A stretch of DNA of 64,000 nucleotides from Phoronis australis (Eukaryota > Animalia > Phoronida): assembly GCA_002633005.1 (NCBI GenBank), contig NMRA01000064.1:1000360-1064359 (forward strand), in the 5' to 3' direction. The position numbers and the translations under genes are program-made. Under the pieces are notes generated by a model. It was not told the origin of the DNA. It ran no database searches and saw only the letters and a program-made list of their open reading frames with translations. This document shows, piece by piece, positions 1-24,200 of this stretch; position 1 is the stretch's first letter, and each line of letters opens with the position of its first letter.

Positions 1-1591
1 TAATCCACTCCCGTCAAAGGTCACCAACGTGATTTAAAAAAACAAGGCGTTAACAATCGAGGGTATGCAAATGACAAACTTAGAATGTATACGGTGTTGA
101 TCAGTACGCGTTTATATGCTCAGCTCGGGAGGGCCTAGTGCGTGCGTAACTTGCGGGGTAGCAGTGACAAGATGTTTAGTGCCGCGGGGTAAACCATTTT
201 CATCACAGTCATATTTGGTTTAAAAAGCTCTGACATCGCGTGTTTATCCTTTAATTTTCTAAAATTGCAGTTGGTCGCTGTAAAAAAAGCCTGGGATTCT
301 CGGCCGCCACCTTTGGCGATTGAACTAACACGCCCGGACATGCACCTTGATGATTGGACCAACATGTATTAGTTCTTTTCAAGACTAATTAACTTGAATA
401 AGTAGTTGCAAAATGAGACCGTTTTTGTTGCATAACTATTTGTTTTTGTTTTCAAAAGAAAAGTCAGTGAAGAGCACGGCATTGCCGATGCATATTTGCA
501 ATGTTGTTTAAGTAGTTCGAGTACCTACAAGAAATCCACGATGGAAAGACCCCGAGATTAGCCCGTAACTATCGCTCCGGAATGCATACATGTCAACCAT
601 TTTTTGCTCTAACAATAGCATTTTTGCAAAAAAAATAGCTAACCATAGCACTGACGAGAACGAATCAAAAGATGGCCAAGTATCAAAATGCATTGCATGT
701 ACCTACTTTAAGATATTTGAGGCGTTTAGATCTAGTAACTGCGTGTTGTTATACTCCTTGGTAACTCCCTTGACCCTGTCGAGAGGGACTCCTGATACGA
801 GATTATCTCGACAAAAAAGATTGCCATTCAAAGCCAAAAGCGAAGGTTTGAAAACTTTATTTTGAACATTCGCAAAAACGCGCATTGATTAGCCTACCGA
901 AAATACATATTTCGGTAGTTGAAGTGAGTAGGCCTATACTTGTTTTGATATCAACTTTTACTTTAAAACCTATTTGAGAGGCGAGGAAATAAACTACCAG
1001 CGAAAATAACTTCAACATGGACGCCACGTACGTCTGTATTCACCAACGAGAAGCTGCTAGCCAAATTAGACTTATGTGTGAACCTAGTTTTATCAGTCTG
1101 TCCGGAAAATCTGTGCGAATCAGTTAAGTTCCCCCGGCTTTCTTCACTACGTTTCAAAATGCATGCAGACATGCAAGTGGTCCCTTACTTTTTAATGTTT
1201 ACTTTTTAATGCCTGAGTCCAGGACACAACTCAAAGCCTAAATCCATGCATGGATGACAGCCAACGAATTGTCAATTATTTCAAAGTCATGAAAGATCTG
1301 GAATTTGACTGAGGAACGGTTTGAATCCCAATTTCGTAACGTTAAGTGGTGCGGCTAAATCCAATTAATGAGATGAAAGGATTTTAAAAAGCTCATAATT
1401 TTCGTGGTAGCAGAAATGAAGGCCTACTATGTTGCAAGGAATTTTTCAGAACTCACTTCCCAGGGTACAGAGATGAGCTTTGATTTTTTTTGCATATTCA
1501 GGGAGACAGCATGTCGTTCATATCTTGCAATGAACGTATTCTGCAACAATGTCTAATTTCGCTTCAGTCATTGGAATCCACTATATATGTT

Positions 1592-1764
1592 CAGAGGCGG
1601 ATTTAGAGGAAGGCCAGGGGAGCCATGGGTCCCTAAAATTATCCCAGATTCTATTTGGCAGTTCGAGGTGCTAATGTCTGACGGGCAAAATCCTGGCTAA
1701 TAGGGCCTACTCTAAACTGCCCTCCCCCCCGTCCGGCCAACTCAAAATCCTGGATCCGCCTTTG
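1592..1764. mobile_element. Short GGCGGAT...ATCCGCC-terminated non-autonomous element; related copies at ~45043-45420, ~56913-57225, ~58372-58522
   Basis: Short TIR CAGAGGCGGAT / ATCCGCCTTTG. Internal blocks (GGATTTTGAGTT, TTAGCCAGGATTTT, CCCCTAAATCCG) are shared among the copies. Confidence 0.65.
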
Positions 1765-2679
1765 ATGTTGTCATTTTAAGATTTCTGAAAAAGCTCTACA
1801 AATCCGTCATAAAGATTTGTATGAACAGCGCTAGAAGTTTTGAATGTCTCCGTTTCTAACCCACAAGCATTTTTACATTTTCCACAGTGAAATGTCTCTG
1901 ACTCCGAGTGTCGCTTGACCAGAAAGTGCTGCGTATGCACAAGGTCAACAAGTATGCTTGGGCTGTCAAATCTTTGTTACCGCCGAAATTATATTTGACA
2001 TTATCCGTTCTACTGCATTACAAAGAACCCTAACCAAGGACTAGAGCTCTTTGTTTACTACAAATCCAAGATGATCGTCTTGTTCTATACCCCAGTACGC
2101 TACGGTTTATGTAAACTAGTTTGTAATCCAAGATTGCGCTTCACCAACTCCTGCATTTGAGCAGCAAGGTCGAAATTTCGAGTTCAGACTCGAACTTTTT
2201 AAACGTTGCAACCACCGACTGCAAACTGGCTAGCATTCAACAATGATCCACGTACCCCATAGCATACTCGTGCCAGCAGAGTTATAGACACATAGTACCT
2301 TGAGTTTGCATTGAAGTGGAAGAGCCAATGTCAAATATTATTTCGAGTTCCATCTAAAGTACAACAGTTAGACCTTGGGGTCCAGAGATATTTTCGTAAA
2401 CACAAAAAGTGAACAATGATTGTTTACATTTCGTAAGTTCAGAAGTAATCCGAAATTTCCTGGTTTTGATATTTGGACGTATGCAGTTATGTTCTATGAC
2501 AAGTTGAGTGAGATTGAAAATGTATAACAGGCAGAACAAAGGCAGATTGGACGAATTCATGGCCTTAAATCCACTGACATCCAATTACTAGACAAATTTT
2601 CACTTAATAATAGTCCGCCCAGTAGACAACCATAACAAGCCCACACGAAAGATCAAAACGAAAGCATTAATAAACATGT

Positions 2680-2685
2680 TTTATT
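2680..2685 (-). other. Candidate polyadenylation signal (AATAAA) of the UBALD gene, implying a ~1.8-kb 3' UTR
   Basis: TTTATT on + strand at the far end of AT-rich sequence downstream of the stop at 4444. Positional inference only. Confidence 0.4.
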
Positions 2686-4443
2686 CTTTTTCTTTTTTCG
2701 AACAACTACACCAGTAGTACTGTGCATCAGGAATGATCTAGTCAGTCCATCTTCAACAAATTCACCTGAGGCCTCTCATATAAACTTCACTTTATACAGA
2801 TGAATGACTATTTACAACAAACTCTATAATATCTACACTTTGACTAACAAGTGTCTCATTTGTTGTGGATATAAAAACCCGGTAAATAATTGCAATGTTT
2901 GCACAAAATCACGTTTTGATCCCAAAAGAGCCTTACAGTACAAAGGCTACCTATACCTAACTTACTACACAATTTGACAGTCAGTTGAAGAGTAGCACAT
3001 GTTTTCAACAATTTTTAAAGATTATGACTCAATTACTGTGAAATTTTTGGAGAAACTTGTTAATTTCATCCCATTTCTTCACAGAGCCTTAAGGACGACA
3101 GTCCCATTTTAGAATTCTCAAACAAAATTCAACTCATCTGTCACGAAATAGCCCCTGAACAGCAAGGGAACTTCAACGTTTATGTTTGTGCAGGTAAAAC
3201 ACAACATGCCCCTTAATTGACCAGAACAACTAGCTCACAATGGCATTGCTCATGCCCACAAATTCACCAGATATTTGGATGCACAGACTTACGTTCGATG
3301 ACAAGTGGTAAAATAAAAAAAGTTGAAAAAGTTTCGAAGACAGTAAGAATAAGTACTTTAAATAATTTTTTCATAACTTTCCATAGAAAATCATTTTACA
3401 CGAAAAAGGTTATTAAGAAAATTGAACAAAATGTATTGGGTGTGTTACCGAGGGATTAGCAACAAAATTAGACGTGTATTGATTGATGATGATATTAACT
3501 TGGTTAGAGCGAAAAGGCATACCATTAATGTAGGTGTACACCATTTGGTCAATATCACATGGACATCACTACTGGCTAAATACTGGTTAGCCCTTATAAG
3601 TGGAAGGAGGTCTAGCTTAAATGTTCATGTACAGAAGTCACACCAGATTAAGAAAGAAAATTCAGTTGATGAGGACCCTATACTACACAGAAACAGAATG
3701 CATTGGAGAACAGCGACACCTACAGGGTCAATGATTACCAACTGCTCAACATCTCAAAATATTTACAGAGAAAACCATAACCAAGAAAAACTGACCAGGA
3801 ATCACTAAATTAAAACACTAACATAACATTTTTACATTCAACAGTCATGCTAATCAAAAACCAGACAATAACATGGAACGCTATTGATAATTAAGAAAAA
3901 CATATTTTACGGAGACAAAGAATGATTCATAAACTTTGTGTTCTGCCATTTCTGCGGCAGGTATAGAAAGAGGTGATGGTATTTGATCAGCACAAATGTT
4001 TTTTTAAGTCACAAGCTTATTAAACAATGGTACAAATGGTTGAAAAAGATTTTACGGTAAAAAATATGACAAATGGGCCAACACATCAGTTAGCTTTAAA
4101 TAAAACCATAGCCACCTCATGAGAGTCATTCAAGAAACAACAGTTGAAAAAGTTTTGAATTAGCCAATCACGATTGAAACTACAAAGTGTCCAAGTACAA
4201 GAAACAACAACATGCTTCACTTGTGTTGGAAAGAAAGGCAATTCTCCTGACAGAATGCACCGGTAAAGACTTTCGACCAGGTTGTGCTGCACAACAATGA
4301 CAATCCATTGCACTGACAATCACCAAGCAGTGATGTCCACAAGTCTTCACACTTGCCCAGTCAGTCAGACAGCCACAACACTTAAGTTAAGGTCACATCA
4401 GAAGTCCATATCTTCCTTTGAACATGCCTGACACTGACATGCA

Positions 4444-15298
<10,855 letters not shown>

Positions 15299-18200
15299 AT
15301 GGGGAATTTAATGCAAAGAAACAACGAGGGAGTTGAAGAGGTCGACATCGCCTCAAACAATGCTTATAGATTCCCTCCAAAAACAGGTATTTTCCAAATG
15401 TATAAACTCTAAATGTTGATTCAATGAATTTGTTTTGACACCTTACGTTCACCACAATATTTGCCTGTTTATCAACCTCCGGGCCAGGGCCGGGTACAGG
15501 TTGAAAGTATCTACTACGTGTTTTGGGTTTGGTCCGTGTGTTTTTAGTTAACAGTCTCTGAGTTCCTCTGATATAGTATTTGGTGACTCGTGTTACTGAG
15601 TAAGGTGGGTAAGACAGGGATTAGGCAATTACATAGTGCCCTGGCCAATCAATAGCCTAGGCAATGACCATCGCCTCTGTTGGCCCGAACCAGAGACGAT
15701 GCAGAGGCTATAGGCGCTCTGTACGCCGGAAGCTTTTCGGCGAATTATGCCTCGCACCGACTAAACCATCAAAGTCACGTTGTTATAAATACCTTTTGCG
15801 CATAGAGGAACACCTTAGGAGGTTGTCGATGTGTTTAATTCCTTCCAACTCGAACAAATACTCCCGTTATCAAACTTTTTCTTCGAGCAGTCCCTATTTC
15901 AGTTCCCAAAATCGTGAACTCAACATTTTTATACTGCGCACGCTCCAATTTTTACCGCGCTCGCTAGGTGATGTGTGACTTCATGACCTCAGTCTTTAAA
16001 TAGGCCAAAGGTGAGCCACTGCTGTCTTTTCAGTCAAATGTTCGTTTCCAAAATGCCACCACTTATACTTGTCTTTAATTGGCGTTACTTGAAACTGATT
16101 GTATTTCAATGAATTATTGTTTGTATTTGATAAAAGTAAATGCTGTTGATATGACATTTAATAGTCTTTGTGCACATATTTGACATTTTAATGTTTAACA
16201 ACACGGCAAATGCACGGCTGGTTCCCGGCAGCACGTACGCAGAGGGCGGGGGCTTTCGAAGTTTGCCGGTAGGACCGCAACTTTTGACCTTCGACCTGGT
16301 TAAAAAAAATGAAAATTTTGATGACATTGTACATTACAGTGAGAAATCAGTTCCAAGAAATATGGTATTTCACTTGCTGTGAGCACATGGACCGGTCTTC
16401 CGCCTTTCCCCCCTTTTCATCGTTTTGGACTAGTCCACAAATTCCTTTAGGCACGACGACACATTGTGATCTTTTGTCGAGACAAATCGCGTGATAACTA
16501 TCGAATCGGTAGGATCGCATTGTGCTAATGATTTTTACTGCTGGAGCATTGACACACTGACCAAATTGAAAACTTAAATTCATGAGAAAATTTATTCATG
16601 TTCATCTGGGAAACGATATAGTGCTTTTGCGGTCTGAAAATTTGCTCGCCACCTGGGCGACCAGCAAGTTAACTTCAACTCGCCCACCACCATTTTTACT
16701 CGCATTGGCGACTGGGCGAGTAGCTAAGAATAAAATCAAATGAAACATGTATGCATATATGCACATGGAGTTATAATTAACACATACCATAAGTTTGGAT
16801 ACGATTCTGTCAAGATAATTTGAACAAATCGATGAAAATCTGTCACGGTTTGCTCGAGTTTCTCTTACCGGGTGCCATTTTGAGGAAGTTTCGTGAAATA
16901 TGCATTGACAAATAAAAAGTCGGCACTAGTTGGATATAATGGACCCTGATTTAGAGAACCAGGAAATCATTGAGTAACAGCCGTTATTTAGTGGATGAAA
17001 CTGGTACTCTTAACCAAGGTCCATTATATTCGACTAGTGCCAAAAAGTCCAAGGCACCCAAATATTGCAAAGTTCACCTGATACCTTCCCATGCAAGTGT
17101 CATGCTGGCCAACGTCACGCGCTTCGCTCAGTCTCTTGCTAGCCTTTGCCTAACTCACGTGACTCAGTTGAAATAATACTTTGTGGTTATCCCACACGTG
17201 GTGAAAAAGTTGACGATGACCAAAAAGTGGAGTTGGAATTCTTCATCAAAGTTACCTTAATTGTCATTGCTATACTTCATTGAAGATGTGTGTAGAAGTA
17301 GAAAGAAACACTGAAGAAAGTAAGTGCTTTTTAAGTCATAGTTTTATGTGTAATACGTACTTTTGACGAGGTGAAAACTTAAAATCGGTGGCCGGATTTG
17401 GCCTGCCGCCCATTTAAAATACACGAGACGAAATTCGTACAGAAAGCGATGGGAAGTATTGTAGCCCCTCACCGACCAACTGAGGGGCTATGTTTTGCCT
17501 ACACCGCCCCTGCCTACTGGAGCGATAGTATGGCACTTTTCAGGCAACACGTAGGCCCTCGGTTGGCTGGTTAGGGGCTACTATACTTCCCATCACTTTC
17601 TGTACAAATTTCATCCTGTGTATTTTAAACGTGCTGTTGGTGAAATCAGCTCACCGATTAAGATTTTTCACCTCGTCAAAAGTACATTCTATAGTTAGAA
17701 CTACTGCAGTATCACTTAAAATAGCAGGTAAAAGTCTAGTTGCTGGGTCCCTATTCAATCCTTCATATCTCCTACAAAAATGATCACACATGGATGATAT
17801 TGTAGTGAAAGATCACCTAGTCCCAAGTTTCGAGCCTGGTACCTCTTGCTCCATTGCCAGACGTCTTAAACAGTTGACCAAAGAGCAATTGCACGTAGGC
17901 GAGTGTTTAAGAGAGGCCTTCATATTACAACACTCACTGCAGATTCACCACACTTTTCCCCATCCAATGATTAGGGGTAATGCTGCCTGGAACTCAACAT
18001 CAGATTGGCACCCTCTACATCCGTCTCCCTCAAAAAAGAAGGGTTAAGAGTGTATTGAAAACCGAAGTTCCAGGTCACTGTACTCAAGGTTGACAGTCTC
18101 GTTTTGGTATTATGTACCCACGTGTGGGGTTTTCATAGCTCTACGATGTCAGTTGGTACTGAGATCTCGACAGAGAGACTATACCTGCCTGAAGCGAGAA

Positions 18201-21200
18201 GTAAACATGCAGGTGAGCGCCCGACCTTCTCGTGTAGAGCTAGTTAAAAGGGGTCGGTAGAGCTGTTGATTAAGAGTTCACAGCACTTTTGGCGCCCCAC
18301 GTTGGATGCCAATATAGTGAAAAATCAGCGAGTATAAGTTTCGAACCCGGTACCTTGACAAGTCGATCAAAGAGCATTTGCTGGTAGGCGAGTGATTAAG
18401 AGAGGCCTTTATATTATAACACTCCTTGCAAGTTCACCACAATATATACCTCAGTCGATTCGTCACTGTCCACTCTTTACTCCAATGTTAAAATTATTTT
18501 GATTCAAGCTTTCACTTTCCAAAACTTTGCCCACAAACTTGCTATGACAGACTAGAATTCTCTCCTTTGTGTGTGGCCATTTTTCATTGCATTAGGAATC
18601 TCGTTTTAATTTTCTACGCATGTATTCGATGAAGCATAGCTACGAGAATTGAGGTGACTTAGGCGAAGAATTCCATCTCAACTTTTTGGTCACAGTTAAC
18701 TTTTTCACCTTGGGTGCAATTACCACAAAGTATTTCAACTGAGTCACGTGAGTTAGGCAAAGGCTAGTACGAGACCTGGTGCGTAAAACTTGCAAAATAG
18801 CATTGGGAAGATATCAGGTGAAATTTGATTTGTGTCCCTTGGACTTGTACTTCTCTTAAAATTCAAATTTTGACTAAAAGATGTTAACATTATTATAATG
18901 ATACATAAAATATAAAAGGTATTTTTATATTCAGTGATCTTTTTCTTTCAGAAATTATATGCTTTTACTAGTTGACAAAGTCTAGTTTTTTTGATATACG
19001 AGTTAGAATGGAGACCACTAAATAAGGTATGAGGTAACCGTAAATTCATGAGCAGGCTGGTTTAGCTAAACCCAGAAACATATACGGCGTTCTACTGCCA
19101 GTAAATTATACCAGGTACTTGATACAGCTGTACAGAGTACAGAACCCAAGCTGCTGAGACTGTCCATAGTCCTACCGAACACATCAAGCGTGACAACAGT
19201 TATTCTAAATGGAAGGGATGTCACATAGATTTTGACTAAGACGTCAGTACTGATTGACGTTGCTGATCTAAAAACACTGTCTTCTAGTTCAAGACCAATT
19301 TTTTTAGTCAGATCATTCTTTAAGATCCTCCATTTTGTGCTTAGCTGCAGTACCTGGTGTCATGTGACTCATGCTGCAGCATATGGTGTCATGTGACTCA
19401 TGCTGCAGTACCTGGTGTCATGTGACTCATGCTGCAGTACCTAGTGTCATGTTAGTGATAAGTATTATGTGGCCAATGAGCTAGGCATCTCTACTGCTAT
19501 GTCCCCTTCTAGGCCTGCTTCAGTTCACTCTGTCCTGTTTTTCAGGTTCCTATTTTGGAAGCCACTTCATCATGGGTGGTGTCCGCTTTGACACAATACA
19601 ACCTGAAGCATTTTTGTTTGGTGAAAACAACGATTTGAATTTTCTTGGCAATAGACCAATTCCTGTAAGTATCCATGCATTGAGATCGAAAGCTGCGCTC
19701 AGTTTTGGTAGAATTTATCCCATGTTTTTCGCCAACTCATTTTGTTGAGTGTTTTCTTCCTAGAATGCGCTGAGCCTCAAAACCAGATAGAGGGTCATTT
19801 ATGAGTGATGTAAATCAAATTTATTTTAATGCAGTGTGGTGTTATCTGTTAAGGACCTTGTGTAGAGCAATTTTGACATGTGTTAATGTTTCTAGCTTCA
19901 ATCAAGAGTATTGATAAAAAATAAAGTAAAGACAGACTGAAAATAGCATTAAGTAATTCGAAAACGTTGGAAATTTTTGCTTTTAATCGAAATTCGTCAA
20001 CTTTTTCCGAAGGTCAAAATAATTGTATTCTAACTGAAATCTCTGTCATCTTTGTGAATCTATGCCCTTACTGATTAAGAATAGATAATTAACTTGAATT
20101 TACCATGCGATGTGCCTTCAAATTCACCTTGTAATCAGAAATTAAATTTGCTCAATGTGTGTGTTTGTGTGTGTGTTTGTGTGCGTGAAACTGACAACAC
20201 ATCTCAAATGTATGTATGTGCTTGTTCAAGGATGATATACAGTGTTCTAGCATAAAGGTACTGTAACAGTACGTAAAGCATAATGCCTGAAAGTTTGTTG
20301 TGAATCTGATCAGGTATTTCGTAGGTATGATGCTCCTAATTTGGCCCAAATTGGACATTTTCTAGGCTTCTGCATTTATATATAACCGTAATACTTTCCT
20401 CATTACTTCTGCAGTTTCCCTACCCAGCCCCGCAGCCTGGAGAACCTACAAAGACTTTGAAGAGCTTGGTCAACATAAGGAAAGACTCGCTCAGGCTTGT
20501 CAAGTATGCAGCATATTTTATCATTCACTGGTGGTTCAGTCCTTACAAACACTAATGAAACAAAGCACTACTGAACGATTACAATAGATATTTTTGCCAG
20601 CTATAAATACAACACATGTACCAGAAAAGTCCCCATGATATGAAACTGCTCTTGACACCAGAACGTGAAGACTTGAGTAGCAAGATAACAAAGATTACTG
20701 CAAGGACTTTTGCTGAGATATTATTTTTTCGCTGTTATATGTTAGCTCCAAGATTTATGGTGAACTAGTCTCCTAATTTCCTGGTGTCTTGAAGATATTT
20801 CGTCTTCTTTAGCAGGGCTTGGAATTTTCCGTGGAAACGCGGATTTCCGCTTTTTTCAAATGTTCTTTCTGTGTATTTTATTATATTTCCGCGTATTAAA
20901 AAAAATCGGATTTCATATAAAATTTCCGCGGCAAATTTCTTTCTTACCGCCACGTTGCTGACAACTTTCACCTCGAAAAGCGGAAGTTGCTCTTTATGTT
21001 TGAACGTAAATTGTCAACATTGCCGGGGCATCTGGGAAAAGCGTGGTGGATTTCCTCAATGGCGGCTCCTATGATTGTAAACCGTGGTGTCAAATACTAC
21101 GACTATGGAGCCAAAAATGTTTGGAGGCGGGAGTGGCGGACGAGCTAAGACAGACGCAGATGCACGCTTCCGGAGGTGGTACCGTTTTTTTTTGTTTTTT

Positions 21201-24200
21201 TTTGTCCTCCCGATTTCTGTCTGCAAAAGGTCCACACCGACTTTTTCAAGGCCGGCTGCGCGCATGTGTCGGGCCGTAAAAATTTCTGCGTTTTTTGTCA
21301 TTTGGCATTCCAAGCCCTGCTTTAGAGAACGTAGAAAAGCTCCCGCAGTTGTTTTATAATGCGTTATTACAGACAGTGATGTCTGGCGCTCTACAGTTCC
21401 TGTACAGTTTGGATTGTCATTTGTAGCTATGAGTCTTAGTTGAACTAGCTATGTCAATGTTTCAGAGTGTCTGAAGTGGACAGCAATCCTGTGGTGGAGT
21501 CAGAGAGTGCTACTGTAGTGAGTGACAAGGCAAATGTTGAGCTGGAGAAGAATGACAACACTTCAACATCGGACAGTCTAACTAGTGTGGAGACCATTGA
21601 GGAAACTGAAACGGCAGACGTTAAAGAGAATCGGCAGAATGACGAGGAAGGGCCTGCAGATGACACGGAGAGTACAGATGACACAAAGTACAATGTTGAA
21701 TTCACATTTGATTGTGACGTCCGATGCGCTGTAACTGTGTATTACTTCGCCACTGAGGAACTATTGAATGGGCATGCAGTGTGAGTGCATATGATGTGTG
21801 GTTTGTTCCAGTTCACTTATGCCAACTTTGTGCGGGCTAACATACAGGTGGATGAACATTTTCATCATCTCCGTTTGATGTTTTAACATTATTTGTTGAC
21901 CTCTTCGGCTGTATTTCCGAAATTCCTCTGTGAGGTTTCATAAAATTGACATTTGCTGGAGTCTAGCTGGCGTCACTTTACTTCTGGTGTACTACAAGTG
22001 ACAATTTGTTTGTCACTGTTTCCATTTTTTGAAAGAACTTCTTGACATATGTTGATTAGATCAGGATGACCTATTTTAGATAAATTGGACTCTTCTTTAC
22101 CTTAGGTGCTAGTTCTATTTTTTCTCCATTCTTTTTTGGTGTTTGCCTCTCTGTCCAGATAACATCTGAAAGAGTCTAGGAAATTTGATGTTCTTGTTTT
22201 CTTGTTCCTGTTGGTTAAAGCAAATGTGTGCATGAGTCTGATTACTGTCAGGTCACCTGGCAGCTGTTTGTTTGTACACCCATGTTGTCGTCAGTCAATC
22301 ACTTGATTAATTTTCATCAAATCTTGCCAATGTGCTTCTTTTTCACGATGACTAGTTCTGTTCCCACTTCTCACCTTTCCATTTCCTTGGTTCACTTTGA
22401 AAATTTTGAGAGCCAGTCTCCAGATTTCAGCCAGACATTTTATTATAGTACCATTACCTTGATTGTGAAAATATAGTACCATTACCTTGATTGTAACATG
22501 AATCGGCTGACCATTGTTTTTCAGCTACCACCCACGGAACAGCAGTATGAATTCAGAGACTTATCATTACAAAAAAGGGGCCAATCAGACGTTTAACCAA
22601 TCCTCACATATTATACAACCGGGCTTGTTTCCAGAAGATGATGTAAGTGTATTCGCTATCCTACCTCTAGGTTCCTCGAGTTTTCAGAAGATCTTTTGAG
22701 TCGGTTAATTTGTTATGATGTTTGAACCTCGGAAGTGCCAATTGAAAATAATAATAGACCTTATTCACATACTCGTCATTTTAGTAGTGAGCTTCTTTTT
22801 TGGTTTAAAAAACGATGCATTTGAGACATGAATATAACGAGGCACACGAAAATATTGTGCTTTGCACTGTGATTAAGCGCCGAATGCATTGTTTTTAAAG
22901 CCTACAAAGAGGCTGACTTTTAAAATGGTGACTGTGTGAATAAGGTGTATAGGCACCTATACCCATAAAAAGTGGACATCAGTGAAGAGGGGCAAAAATA
23001 CAAATGCCTATGGACTCGCCTTCAGTTGTACAGTCTTATTTCGCTACAACAGGCCTCGCGGACCTATCAAAAGTGTTCACTGTAACTGAAGTTCATTGTA
23101 ACCTGATCAAGCTCTGAGATAAAATAATATGCATAGCATACCTGGTCAAATTGACTTGAATTGTGTTTGCTTGAGATTGCATTTTTGCATCATTTGAGGA
23201 TTGACTAGAAGTCTTTTGAGTGACTAACAACGAGCACAAATTTGTAAATGCACTTAGTAGTGCAAGTGTGCTTAAATGGTTTCATATGTCCTTAAAATGT
23301 AAAGTGAGATGTATTGTAAAGTGTTAGATTTTGTGTCTTTATCTTAGATTTCTGTATTGTAATGACATAAGTGCACAATGGAAGTTGAACACTGTTTCAT
23401 GCGTTCACTGACTCCATCCTGGTTATTATGCTTTGTTCTAGTGGCAGTTTTCAGTTGACAAAGAGACCATCCCTTTGGTTATACAGTGTGTGGTAGAAGA
23501 TGAAGGTAACACTTTACTTAGATACATGCTTGAAAAGTGGTCATCAGTTATGTTATTAAAGTGATTACCAACCTGCCTTTGGACGTCCATAACCTGCCTT
23601 TGGACGTCCATAACCTGCCTTTGGACGTCCATAACCTGCCTTTGGACGTCCATAACCTGCCTTTGGACGTCCATAACCTGCCTTTGGAGGTCCATAACCT
23701 GCCTTTGGACGTCCATAACCTGCCTTTGGACGTCCATAACCTGCCTTTGGACGTCCATAACCTGCCTTTGGACGTCCATAACCTGCCTTTGGACGTCCAT
23801 AACCTGCCTTTGGACGTCCATAACCTGCCTTTGGACGTCCATAACCTGCCTTTGATTTAGACACCTTTCAACTATAAAAATGGGTTTCAATTTGTTCCTT
23901 TCTTGGGTGAGGAAGGATTTCTGGTGTAGAGATGAACTGATTGTTTGATAGCACTTGGGACACAGCTCGGTGCGTAGAATGACACACTGTGACAAGCCGA
24001 CATATCAAGCTTGTTCTCAAGCTGTAAGGAACTGACAATTAGGTAGTACTTGGGACACAGCTCAGTGCAGGACACACTGTAATAAGCCGACATATCAAGC
24101 TTGATCTCAAGCTGTAAGGAACTGACAAGTGTTCCCAATCAATGCTCTAATCTGATCAAGAAACAAATAAGTGCCCTAAATCAAAAGTTGTTGTTTGGCG

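Larger units (their letters stand above)
17045..18846. mobile_element. Old long-TIR element (~200-bp inverted arms) hosting a MITE and the TRIM
   Basis: 17045-~17265 is the diverged reverse complement of ~18645-18846 (e.g. CTAGCCTTTGCCTAACTCACGTGACTCAGTTGAAATA). Confidence 0.7.

Noticed and set aside
23438-23995. Repetitive ORFs (QRQVMDV)n, (LPLDVHN)n, (KAGYGRP)n
   Set aside because: By-products of a 21-bp intronic minisatellite. Also not CRISPR: there are no unique spacers.
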